44,910 bases of DNA from Candidatus Heimdallarchaeota archaeon (GCA_021399395.1 JAAFKJ010000021.1:1-44910); one strand, 5' to 3'. Positions 17,999-26,662 are shown, counted from the stretch's first letter. Numbers and translations: made by a program. The notes: generated by a model from the sequence alone, not told the origin.

Positions 17999-18601
17999 TT
18001 ATAGTTTGAACCCTAATTCTCCACTTCCATAATCAATAGTTGTTTTTCGCCTCTGTATATAGGAACAATCAGTGCATTTCAGTTTATCTCTACCAATTTT
18101 TTCTAATTTAGAACCACATTGTGAACAAGGAGCAAGTACAACCCCAAGTTGAGAACCAATAAGAGAGCCCTGTAAAGGTATAGTTTTTGCATCAATTATC
18201 TTAGCACGAACTATATCAGCCAAACAAACAGCATCATCAGCTGTTTCTAAATACTCTTTAGAAAGTTGTGATATATGAATAACCATTGTATAAGATGGAC
18301 GAACTGGTCTATTATTGATATAACTTACAGAAACAGTAGTCATCTGACGCGATACATTTACAACACCCCCAAGTATTATATCGCCTATTTTAGGCACACT
18401 AGCTGATTGTGGTTTTGATAAGACAGAAATCTCATGTCTTCCCAAATCGATAATAACTTTTCCAGTAACTGCAGAATAAACATAATTTTTCTCAGAATAG
18501 GTACCTGAACCGCCAATAAACTCCTCTGTAACAGCTAAACGAGTACCGGGAAGAACCAATTTTCCAGAGTCTTTTGTTCTATCGTAAATTTCTAATGTCA
18601 T
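17999..18601 (-). CDS. csl4: Exosome complex RNA-binding protein Csl4
   Basis: VLPG, EEFIGGSGTY, S1 domain, DIVRAKI, LGVV-x2-CSQCG...CTDC-x4-RK Zn ribbon. Confidence 0.93.
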   Translation of the reverse strand: MTLEIYDRTKDSGKLVLPGTRLAVTEEFIGGSGTYSEKNYVYSAVTGKVIIDLGRHEISVLSKPQSASVPKIGDIILGGVVNVSRQMTTVSVSYINNRPVRPSYTMVIHISQLSKEYLETADDAVCLADIVRAKIIDAKTIPLQGSLIGSQLGVVLAPCSQCGSKLEKIGRDKLKCTDCSYIQRRKTTIDYGSGELGFKL

Positions 18602-18784
18602 TCAATGTCACGTACGCTCTTTTACATTATGAAAAATTATTGAATAAAATACCTTTCCATTAGTAACAAAGAAGGAAAAATCTTACAAATTTGAAACAAT
18701 CATTTCAAATCTTTATTTTTTCACAATTGAATTTCTTTACTACAAATCAAAAAATATTTAATCTAACTGTTAATCCCATAGCTG

Positions 18785-19429
18785 ATGGCAACTCCTGAAT
18801 TTGGAACAATTAGTGCAACAAGAATGGAATTACTAAACACTAGAGCCAAAATCCGTTTAGCACAGAAGGGTCATGATCTCTTAAAGGAAAAAATGGATGC
18901 TTTAGTAATTGAACTATACGCCATCAAAGATGAAGTCCGTGAAGCAAGAAAACAAGTTGAAGAAGAATTGAAGATTGCTTATCAATCTCTGGCAAAAGGA
19001 GAAATGGTTATAGGTCCAGATAAGATACGAGATTTAGCACAATATGCACCTTCTGTTTTGGAAATAAATACACAAACAATTAGTATTATGGGAGTTAAAT
19101 CACCCAGATTCATTGTAGAAGAGATTCAAACAGAAGAAGAAATTTTCTATGGTTTGACTAGTTCAAGTGCACAATTAGATCGTGCAATTGTGTATTTTAG
19201 AAAATCGCTAAAGACTCTGATGATAATTGCAGAAAAAATGACACTCCTTGAAAAACTCGCAACAGAGATTAATAAAACCAAAAGAAGGGTCAATGCCCTG
19301 AACTACATATTAATCCCCAAGTTGAGAGCAACAGCTAACTTCATAGCTAGTACTCTTGAAGAACAAGAGCGTGAAACCTTTTCAAGGCTTAAAAGAGTAA
19401 AAGCAATACTTGAAGCTAAGAAACAATAA
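18785..19429 (+). CDS. atpD: A/V-type ATP synthase subunit D
   Basis: TRMELL, GHDLLKEKMDAL, KTKRRVNALNY, LEEQERE. Confidence 0.96.
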   Translation: MATPEFGTISATRMELLNTRAKIRLAQKGHDLLKEKMDALVIELYAIKDEVREARKQVEEELKIAYQSLAKGEMVIGPDKIRDLAQYAPSVLEINTQTISIMGVKSPRFIVEEIQTEEEIFYGLTSSSAQLDRAIVYFRKSLKTLMIIAEKMTLLEKLATEINKTKRRVNALNYILIPKLRATANFIASTLEEQERETFSRLKRVKAILEAKKQ

Positions 19430-19595
19430 ACTATGGTTTTGTCAAACCTACTGTAGAGAAAGAGCATATTCTCAAGATATTATTGTCCTTTTTATTTGGA
19501 CACTTTGATAGAGTTTATTAAGTATAATCTTATAATTCTGTAGACAGAGAAAGAAATTAAAAGATTTCAAGTATATAAAATTCAGAGGCAAGGAT

Positions 19596-20615
19596 ATGTC
19601 GATTATAGATTGGTTTGATAAATTTCCACCATTAAGTATGGAAGATAATGGTTTAAAGCTACTTATTTATCTTCTATTGATTTTTACATTTCTAAGTGCT
19701 CTTGCAGTATTTTTAACTACAAGATATTATAGGAAAAAGGATTCGCCTTCACTTTTGGATCTAGATTTCGAATCGGATATACCAACTCCGTCAGATATTC
19801 CTTCTTCAGAAAGAATAGCAATTCTAAATATTGAGAAAGCAAAGTCAATTGCTGCTCAGCGTGCATTATCTGATGCACATAAGAAGAAGGAAGTTAGTGA
19901 AGCAATTTTTGGCAGATTATCCGTCAGATATGCATCTGATGTTAAAAAGATCGAAGACGAAATTGAAAAAACAACAAGAGAAGCAGAAGTCTCTCAATTA
20001 GAAGAAGAATTGAAGAAGATGCAAGGCGATTACTTAAGCAAAATTAAAGGAGAAGAAAAAATTGAAGTTACTCCTTCAACTCCTTCATCCGCACCACCAG
20101 CACCACCAATGCCTGCTGTAGGATCAGCTCCAGCACCACCAATGCCTGCTGTAGGATCAGCTCCAGCACCACCACCAATGCCCACTCCAACTCCAATAGC
20201 TCCTAAACCTGCTAAACCTCCAAAGCAAAAGAAGGTAAAGAAGAAGAAGAAGGATAAAAAAGGAGTTACTCCACCAACACCTCCAACTCCCGCACCTACA
20301 CCATCAGTGTCTGGAACAGCTGCACCTCCACCTCCACCTGGAGTTACTTCAACACCCCCAGGAACAGCAGTGCCTGCACCACCAATGCCATCACCTTTAC
20401 CAGGAGCACCAGCAAGTACTCCCTCAATACCAGCACCAACAGTGCCAACACCTAAACCACCTGGACTAGGAGCACCAGCACCAGCCGTAGCTCCACCAGC
20501 AGCTGGAGAAGGAGAAGGGGATTTATTTGCAAAAAGTACTTCAATTGCTGCACTTCGAAAAGAAATGCTCAAGGAACTAGATCGTCTCAAGAAATTCATG
20601 AGCGAACAACAGTAA
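19596..20615 (+). CDS. Single-pass membrane protein with coiled coil, polyproline/basic low-complexity region and C-terminal amphipathic helix
   Basis: Hydrophobic LLIYLLLIFTFLSALAVFL followed by RYYRKK; helical region; PPAPPMP and APPPPPG tracts; KQKKVKKKKKDKK; C-terminal SIAALRKEMLKELDRLKKF. Confidence 0.85.
   Translation: MSIIDWFDKFPPLSMEDNGLKLLIYLLLIFTFLSALAVFLTTRYYRKKDSPSLLDLDFESDIPTPSDIPSSERIAILNIEKAKSIAAQRALSDAHKKKEVSEAIFGRLSVRYASDVKKIEDEIEKTTREAEVSQLEEELKKMQGDYLSKIKGEEKIEVTPSTPSSAPPAPPMPAVGSAPAPPMPAVGSAPAPPPMPTPTPIAPKPAKPPKQKKVKKKKKDKKGVTPPTPPTPAPTPSVSGTAAPPPPPGVTSTPPGTAVPAPPMPSPLPGAPASTPSIPAPTVPTPKPPGLGAPAPAVAPPAAGEGEGDLFAKSTSIAALRKEMLKELDRLKKFMSEQQ
20097..20174 (+). repeat. 33-bp coding tandem repeat (PAPPMPAVGSA) x2 plus partial copy
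   Basis: CCAGCACCACCAATGCCTGCTGTAGGATCAGCT exact at 20097-20129 and 20130-20162, then CCAGCACCACCA. Confidence 0.95.
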
Positions 20616-20629
20616 AGCTTAATCAACAA

Positions 20630-20676
20630 GGGTTGAAACGATAGGTTGTTTCTACCCAATTTCATTTTTATTTTTC
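20630..20676 (+). terminator. Hairpin plus T-rich tract after the proline-rich gene
   Basis: GGGT-T-GAAACGA/TAGG loop/TTGTTTC-T-ACCC (20630-20657) followed by TTTCATTTTTATTTTT. Confidence 0.45.
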
Positions 20677-20720
20677 ATACTTCGTATTTCTTCATTCATA
20701 CTTCGTATTTCTTCATTCAT
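20674..20720. repeat. 21-bp intergenic tandem repeat x2 plus partial copy
   Basis: TTCATACTTCGTATTTCTTCA at 20674-20694 and 20695-20715, then TTCAT. Confidence 0.9.
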
Positions 20721-20760
20721 CATTAGTTTTAAAAAATTCCAATGTAATAATATTATTAGA

Positions 20761-21507
20761 GTGAGTTTTCATATGAATCAAAAGGAACAACAATTCCAAA
20801 AGCAAGAAAAAGAGAAACTCTTAGCTGCACAGAAAGCTGCTAAAGAATTCATTTATGACGAATTTGCAGTAGGAGTAGGCACAGGCTCTACTGTTAAGTA
20901 TTTTATTCAAGAGCTTGGGATACTTATTGAAGAGGATGACTTAGAGATCATTACAGTTCCTTCATCTAATGAAACTCACCTTGAATTAATAAAGGCTGGA
21001 CTACCAGTGGGAACTCTGGTAGAATATCCTGAACTTGAAGTCTATGTTGATGGTACAGACATCATAACAGAGGATTTTGTTCTTATCAAAGGCGGTGGAG
21101 GAGCATTTACTAAAGAAAAAATCCTTGCAAGTGCATCTAAAGAGTTCATTGTAATTGCAGATAGTTCGAAATATCCAAAAGATCTCATTAGCCAACCTGT
21201 ACCGGTTGAAATAATCAGCGACGCCGTAAACACCGTTATCCAACCAATCTTTTGTTTGGGGGGTGAGTTAAGAATTAGACATGGAACTGGAAAAGTGGGT
21301 CCTGTGATTTCAGACAATGGTAATATAATAGGGGATATCTATTTTCAGAAATTATATAATCCAGTTGTAATTGAAAAAGAACTAAACAACATACCTGGTA
21401 TTGTTGAAAATGGATTGTTCCCAAAAGGTCCACATAAAATCTTAATTGGACAAGAAGATAAAACAAAAATTATTGTCAGAGAGATTGATACTAAATTAAA
21501 GCACTGA
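20761..21507 (+). CDS. rpiA: Ribose-5-phosphate isomerase A
   Basis: GVGTGST, VDGTD, IKGGGGAFTKEK, PVEI, SDNGN, IPGIVENGLF. Confidence 0.96.
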   Translation: MSFHMNQKEQQFQKQEKEKLLAAQKAAKEFIYDEFAVGVGTGSTVKYFIQELGILIEEDDLEIITVPSSNETHLELIKAGLPVGTLVEYPELEVYVDGTDIITEDFVLIKGGGGAFTKEKILASASKEFIVIADSSKYPKDLISQPVPVEIISDAVNTVIQPIFCLGGELRIRHGTGKVGPVISDNGNIIGDIYFQKLYNPVVIEKELNNIPGIVENGLFPKGPHKILIGQEDKTKIIVREIDTKLKH

Positions 21508-23302
21508 TTGTAGCGCCCTTGCTATGAGCTTCCATTAGCATTTTCCCTACTTGACTATTTTTTGCTACACTAACTTCACCAGTTTTTCCAACAGTTAATT
21601 GAACTATATGCGCGCCATTTACGGTAACAATAACATCTTTACCAATGCATACATCGGGAAAAACCATGTTTACTTTGTTTTTAATGGGATAAGCATCTAT
21701 AACGAATTCCATTTCTTCCATTTCATCCAGTGATTTTACAGTTATGGAAAGACCAAGCTTTTGCTCAATTTCATCTATAGTTCGACCGTCTCTACCAATT
21801 ACTCGTGGTCTATCCTTATTGGAAACAAAAAGTATTAGAGAATTTGGGGGTTCAAATTCAAAATTGTGATCATAAATTGAATATTGTTTCAATACTTTCT
21901 CTATGTTTGAAGGGGTCACATTTGAAACACGGGTAGTTTTACTTCTTGATTTGCGAGATTTACTTACCGGAGAGACAACAATCTGTTCTCCAAAAGTATA
22001 AATTTCGTACTCATTTTTGTTTGTATAAAAGTCTTTTACCAGAATAACTGGTCTACTCAAGTCTCTTTCTGCCATACCTGTTGGTAAAGCTACAGTTAAT
22101 TCTAAAGTGTAAACTTTGGAAACCTCTCCATTAGAAATAAAAATAATTGTATCTACTATTGATGGTATTACACCTAAATCAACTCTTTTGATAAACCTTT
22201 GAATGCCATCTATTGCTTGAGTTGCATGTACTACGCCAATTAATCCAATTCCAGCTAGACGTAAATCAGAATACGTTTCGAAATCCCTAGTTCTTCTTAG
22301 TTCATCATAAATAACATAGTCAGGTCTCATTAGAAGTACGAGATCAGCTGAAGCAGATATATCACCCCCAAATCCTGACATCTGTGTGATTCTGTTATCA
22401 ACTTGAAGATCTCTTGGATTTTCAAATGTTTTAACTATACGATCCATATCAGCATAATTTTCAGCTAATGCTGTAGCGAAGGTGCTTTTTCCAGCACCTG
22501 GAGGACCAGCAATTAAGATACCGTCTGCCTTTGTCTCAATTCTTTGAAGAAGCTTGGAGTCAATCTCATAATCTTTCAAAGTTAATTTTACAATTGGTCT
22601 TACAGCTGTTATCTCCATAGCATCACTAAAAGGTGGTCTTATGATTACTATCCTTGTTTTCATTAACTGGATAACTGATGTTCCATGCCTATCTGATTCA
22701 ATAAAACCATCCTTTTCTCTAGATGCCCTTTCGATAACATCTTTAGCTAATTCATCCAATAAATCTCTAGTCAGTATTTTTTCATCTTCTATAGGAACTA
22801 ATTTGAAATTACCTGGAAAACCCTTCTTTGCGAGAGGTAAGTTGTTTTCTCTTAGGTGAATAGACATTGTCGTTTCATCAAAATAATCTTCAATCTTCTT
22901 GCCTATACTTCTTGTTTCTTCTTTTATGAAAACTACAGCTAAACCTTCTGCTTTGCCTATTTCAGCCATAACACGATCAGATGTAATGAGAATAGCCTCA
23001 TATTCAGATGCTAAGTCTCTAATTTGGGCATCTAACTCTCCACCTGGAGCACCCTTAATTTGATTAACTGTGGGTCTGTATCCATCTATTACTAATTCCA
23101 CAGCTGTTTTTGCGCAATAATCGCGCATTCTTTGTAATTCTTCTAATGCGGCCATTCCTGTAGTTTTTGCTTGATTAGCCATATTTTCTATTTCAGCAAT
23201 AACAACCCTTGAGAGAACTATAGAATCTACGTCTTCTTGCTTTACCAAGTATTTCAAAAATTGCCCGTTAATTATTGTGGAGGTATCTGGTACGTACTTC
23301 AT
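21491..23302 (-). CDS. PIN-domain ATPase with KH domains (PINA family)
   Basis: N-terminal VPDTS PIN domain, GPPGAGKST, ENPRDL, RPDYVIYDELR, GVVHAT, IGRDG KH motif. Confidence 0.92.
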   Translation of the reverse strand: MKYVPDTSTIINGQFLKYLVKQEDVDSIVLSRVVIAEIENMANQAKTTGMAALEELQRMRDYCAKTAVELVIDGYRPTVNQIKGAPGGELDAQIRDLASEYEAILITSDRVMAEIGKAEGLAVVFIKEETRSIGKKIEDYFDETTMSIHLRENNLPLAKKGFPGNFKLVPIEDEKILTRDLLDELAKDVIERASREKDGFIESDRHGTSVIQLMKTRIVIIRPPFSDAMEITAVRPIVKLTLKDYEIDSKLLQRIETKADGILIAGPPGAGKSTFATALAENYADMDRIVKTFENPRDLQVDNRITQMSGFGGDISASADLVLLMRPDYVIYDELRRTRDFETYSDLRLAGIGLIGVVHATQAIDGIQRFIKRVDLGVIPSIVDTIIFISNGEVSKVYTLELTVALPTGMAERDLSRPVILVKDFYTNKNEYEIYTFGEQIVVSPVSKSRKSRSKTTRVSNVTPSNIEKVLKQYSIYDHNFEFEPPNSLILFVSNKDRPRVIGRDGRTIDEIEQKLGLSITVKSLDEMEEMEFVIDAYPIKNKVNMVFPDVCIGKDVIVTVNGAHIVQLTVGKTGEVSVAKNSQVGKMLMEAHSKGATISALI

Positions 23303-23312
23303 TTCAAATCAC

Positions 23313-23855
23313 TTATAACTTATTATTTATTTTCTCAAATTCCAGTTCACTTACGCTATAGTAGGATACATCCCCTAAACTGTCAATTACTGCAAATATT
23401 AATTGCTTACTTATTTTCTTTGTTTCAGACACTATTTGATCGATGTCATCAATATCAAATAGAACACCCTCAACCATAGGGATAACTAGAGCTAGATGTT
23501 TTGCTTTGTTTGGTGTTGCACCACGTTCGTATAGCTCAAAATACTGATTGTCAAGAGATTGTTTTTTTACAACATATCCCCTACTTCGCAAATCCTTATA
23601 CAGAAGATAATGAATTAGGAAATCTGGTTCATTATCTGAAAAATAGGCTACCACGTCTTTTAGTTCTACCTGTTGGTTTTGCTCATCCATTACATCTATT
23701 TTCCTTCTTTCAAGTAACAAAACTGTTTCAAATGGATCTAATTTCAGATTATTCCCCTTAGAGAAATATCCAAACCAACCTTGACTATAGATATCGTTTG
23801 CGTTTTTATCTTCAATTAAGGAATATTTTTTGTTGAGCTTTGCAGTACAAACCAT
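23313..23855 (-). CDS. endA: tRNA splicing endonuclease subunit (EndA family, divergent)
   Basis: LDPFETVLL, YKDLRSRGY, FELYERG, AVIDSLGDVSYY. Confidence 0.85.
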   Translation of the reverse strand: MVCTAKLNKKYSLIEDKNANDIYSQGWFGYFSKGNNLKLDPFETVLLLERRKIDVMDEQNQQVELKDVVAYFSDNEPDFLIHYLLYKDLRSRGYVVKKQSLDNQYFELYERGATPNKAKHLALVIPMVEGVLFDIDDIDQIVSETKKISKQLIFAVIDSLGDVSYYSVSELEFEKINNKL

Positions 23856-23922
23856 TTTCTTCTATAGAGTATAGGAAGTAGATAATATTAAAAATTGATG
23901 TTAAAAGATATAATTAGTATTA

Positions 23923-24759
23923 ATGAAACTAAAACAGAGATTACAAACCACTTTTCAAGATAAGATGAATTCAAAACAACTTGAAAGATTACCCGCAGGA
24001 TATTCAATTATAGGAGATATAGCCATCTTTCACCATATTGATGAAAGTATTTCTGACTACAAGGAATTATTAGGGGATATAATTCTAGATCTTGATCCAA
24101 AAATTAGTGTGGTTGTTGAACAGCTAAACACCTTAACTTCTTATAGAAAACCAATTATTTCACGTATCGCAGGAGAATTTAGAACCAAGACAATTCATCG
24201 AGAATTCAAAACTGAATTTCATTTAGATGTGGCAGAAATAACATTATCCCCAGGCAATAAAGGTGAAAGAGAAAGTTTGATTCAAAAAGTTGAAAATAAT
24301 GAAATCATTTGTGATATGTTTGCTTGTATTGGAAATCTATCTTTACCGATTCTAGTTAACAACCCATCAATAACCGCTTATGGGGTAGAATGGAATCAAA
24401 TAGCTTATAATTTTCTTGAAACCAATATCAAAGCGAATAAAGTAGAGAAAAGGTATTATCCTATTTTTGGAGATAATAGAAAAAGCACACCAATCAATTT
24501 TGCCACTAGAGTACTAATGGGTTATTTTGGGAGTGATGAAGCACAGTTCAGGTGTGCTCTAGAAGCATTAAAGGGTGAAGGTTGGATTCATTATCACAGC
24601 CTTTCATCTAGAGAGAAGCTGAATGAGCCTGAAAAGTATATCAAAAGATTAAGTAAAACAATTGATTATGATATTGAAATTAAGGAGATCAGAAGAATTA
24701 AGAAATTTTCTCCTAAAAAATATCATCTTTGCACAGATTTGTATGTTAAGAAATACTAG
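23923..24759 (+). CDS. Trm5/Taw2 (Met-10+) family SAM-dependent tRNA-modifying transferase
   Basis: YSIIGDIA, SPGNKGER, DMFACIG, EWN, GDNR, RVLMGY, WIHYH. Confidence 0.85.
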   Translation: MKLKQRLQTTFQDKMNSKQLERLPAGYSIIGDIAIFHHIDESISDYKELLGDIILDLDPKISVVVEQLNTLTSYRKPIISRIAGEFRTKTIHREFKTEFHLDVAEITLSPGNKGERESLIQKVENNEIICDMFACIGNLSLPILVNNPSITAYGVEWNQIAYNFLETNIKANKVEKRYYPIFGDNRKSTPINFATRVLMGYFGSDEAQFRCALEALKGEGWIHYHSLSSREKLNEPEKYIKRLSKTIDYDIEIKEIRRIKKFSPKKYHLCTDLYVKKY

Positions 24760-24807
24760 TTATTATTGATAACAATTTTTATTATCTGTTATTACACGTT
24801 CAATTTA

Positions 24808-25305
24808 ATGACAAGATTTGAGAAACCAAATGATTCAGATTTAAAGAAAATACAGAGTATCGCTGATTATCAATTTGGGCAAGGAGCAGGAGAGGCTTTA
24901 TTTTCTGAAAATATAGAGATTGAGCGATCTAGGGGAACAAATAGGATACGTTTCATATATCAGAATAAAGAAAGAATCTGTTCGTTTCGTGTTCGAGATG
25001 GTTTCTTGGTTCCATCCTTAATAGGTGGAGAGATACTACATAAAAGTGATTTTGGCCTAAAAGTGGTGGTAAACGAAGATACTGAACCTTTTGTGAGAGA
25101 TGGAAAAACAGTTTTTGCGAAGCATATTGTGGAAGTTGATCAACAAATTGCAATTAAAGATGAAGTGATTATTATTAATCAGAAAAATGAGTTTCTTGGT
25201 ATTGGAACCGCAAAAATTTCAGGAACTATGATGAAAGAAATGAATATAGGTGTGGCTGTATCCACACGGAAAGGTATGAAAAAAGAGAAAGAAGTTATTA
25301 CTTAG
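24808..25305 (+). CDS. Stand-alone archaeosine-TGT C2 plus PUA domain protein
   Basis: IADYQFGQGAG, RIRFI, PFVRDGKTVFAKHI, DEV, GVAVSTRKG. ATG 24808 preferred over 24766. Confidence 0.85.
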   Translation: MTRFEKPNDSDLKKIQSIADYQFGQGAGEALFSENIEIERSRGTNRIRFIYQNKERICSFRVRDGFLVPSLIGGEILHKSDFGLKVVVNEDTEPFVRDGKTVFAKHIVEVDQQIAIKDEVIIINQKNEFLGIGTAKISGTMMKEMNIGVAVSTRKGMKKEKEVIT

Positions 25306-25669
25306 TTTTTAGTTTAACAATTGCTCCAGCAAGATCTCCATTCTCTTCTTCAAGAGTTTTTCTAGCATCTTCCTCAGAAGCACCTGTTTGTGCCATAACA
25401 AGCTCCACGTCAGAGTCTGTTACTGTAACACCTGGAGCTGCACCATCTTCACTTCCGCGGGGACGATCTGTTCCTGCTCCAACAATTTGGAAAGTATCAG
25501 ATTCCATCATACCAGGGACAAATGTTTTAACAACAGTGGGGTTATAGACAACAGTTTCTTTATCTGCGAAACGTATTATAACCTCTTCAACTCCATCCAA
25601 TTCAATTTGTTTCATTCTCGCTTGCATTCTTTTTGCTTCACGAGGAGATATAGGCCGTCTACTGCTCAT
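25298..25669 (-). CDS. nac: Nascent polypeptide-associated complex protein (aNAC)
   Basis: VEEVIIR NAC domain; UBA-like DVELVMAQTGASEEDARKTLEEENGDLAGAI. Confidence 0.93.
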   Translation of the reverse strand: MSSRRPISPREAKRMQARMKQIELDGVEEVIIRFADKETVVYNPTVVKTFVPGMMESDTFQIVGAGTDRPRGSEDGAAPGVTVTDSDVELVMAQTGASEEDARKTLEEENGDLAGAIVKLKTK

Positions 25670-25684
25670 AATATTATCACATTC

Positions 25685-25957
25685 TCATTCTTTTATTTCA
25701 GAATTTTTGTTTTGGTCTATTTTTGCTTCAAGCATCCCTTCTTTTGGTGCTCTGGTTTTTAGGAAAATCCACCCAATCCATGTCAGAAAAATCAACACAA
25801 TAAAAGCAATAACAAAAAACACTATTGCTAAACCAAGATACGCATCAAATATACGTTCTGGCCATAGAATTGGCATCAAAATAGTCCAATAGAATAGAAA
25901 ACCAAGAATTGATAGTGATCCAACAATCATTACTAAACCAATTATTTTGTCATTCAT
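25685..25957 (-). CDS. Small two-TM membrane protein, DPM2-like
   Basis: Two hydrophobic segments; DKIIGL-x5-SL-x-I-x6-WTILMP and WIGWIFLKT parallel DPM2 as recalled. Confidence 0.6.
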   Translation of the reverse strand: MNDKIIGLVMIVGSLSILGFLFYWTILMPILWPERIFDAYLGLAIVFFVIAFIVLIFLTWIGWIFLKTRAPKEGMLEAKIDQNKNSEIKE

Positions 25958-26012
25958 CTACTTGGTCTCCATCAAAAAATAATAAGGGAAGTCTATAAAG
26001 ACTTTTCTTCCA

Positions 26013-26351
26013 TCACATTTCTATGTCAATGCCCAGAGCCATTTTAATCAATGCACGAACCTTATCTTCTGCACTTTCATACTGTGCTTTTTTCCCTGGT
26101 ACTTCAACAATGACAGGATATGGATTGAGTTTTATTCTTCGGATTAAATCTTGGTTTGCTTTAGCAACTTCCTCTGTTATTATCAAAATAGCTAATTCTG
26201 GATCATCTGCTTTTGAACGGAGTAAGGAGGATGCCTTTTCAGGTTCTTCTGTATATACTTCAGAAATACCTGCTAATTTAAAACCCAAAGAAGTCTCTTC
26301 ATCACCAATACTAACAATTTTAGTTCTTTGGGGGGTGCTCATTTTAATCAC
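26013..26351 (-). CDS. atpF: A/V-type ATP synthase subunit F
   Basis: IGDEETSLGFKLAGI, ILIITE, PVIVEVP, ALGIDI. Confidence 0.95.
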   Translation of the reverse strand: MIKMSTPQRTKIVSIGDEETSLGFKLAGISEVYTEEPEKASSLLRSKADDPELAILIITEEVAKANQDLIRRIKLNPYPVIVEVPGKKAQYESAEDKVRALIKMALGIDIEM

Positions 26352-26353
26352 TA

Positions 26354-26662
26354 CTAGAGTATTTCAGAGAGAATGAATTCGATAGCTTTCTTTTCTTGTT
26401 TCTTTGCTTTCTCATCGAGTTTAATTTTATCTGCTTCAAACTCTTTATCCATCGAAGCAAATTCCTTTTCAACTCTCCCTTGTACTCCTGAAAGGAGTTT
26501 ATTAGCTTCTTCCTTTGCTTGAATTTCCGCATCTCGTATCTTCAAAACACTATCTCTTTCTGCATCCATTATCGCACTATCTTTTGCGGATTCAGCCTTT
26601 TTGATTTTCTCTTCACAGTCTCTCTCGACTTTTCTAATAGTTTTTAGAAATTCAACACTCAT
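26354..26662 (-). CDS. atpH: A/V-type ATP synthase peripheral stalk subunit H (G)
   Basis: 102-aa charged coiled coil (LKTIRKVE...A...A; KAIEFILSEIL) directly upstream of atpF. Confidence 0.75.
   Translation of the reverse strand: MSVEFLKTIRKVERDCEEKIKKAESAKDSAIMDAERDSVLKIRDAEIQAKEEANKLLSGVQGRVEKEFASMDKEFEADKIKLDEKAKKQEKKAIEFILSEIL

Noticed and set aside
18689-18710. Inverted repeat ATTTGAAA-N6-TTTCAAAT between csl4 and atpD, with a similar TTTGAAA-N9-TTTCAAA near 32887
   Set aside because: Spacers differ and such words are common in AT-rich DNA; not enough to call an operator.
20630-20657. Hairpin as a SECIS element
   Set aside because: No in-frame TGA in the neighbouring genes and no SECIS core motif.
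20030-20665. 211-aa Gly/Ala-rich ORF on the minus strand
   Set aside because: Antisense shadow of the CCA/CCT-rich polyproline gene; the plus-strand ORF has a coherent TM and coiled-coil architecture.
20674-20720. 21-bp repeat as a mini-CRISPR
   Set aside because: Copies are directly adjacent with no spacer, and there are no cas genes.
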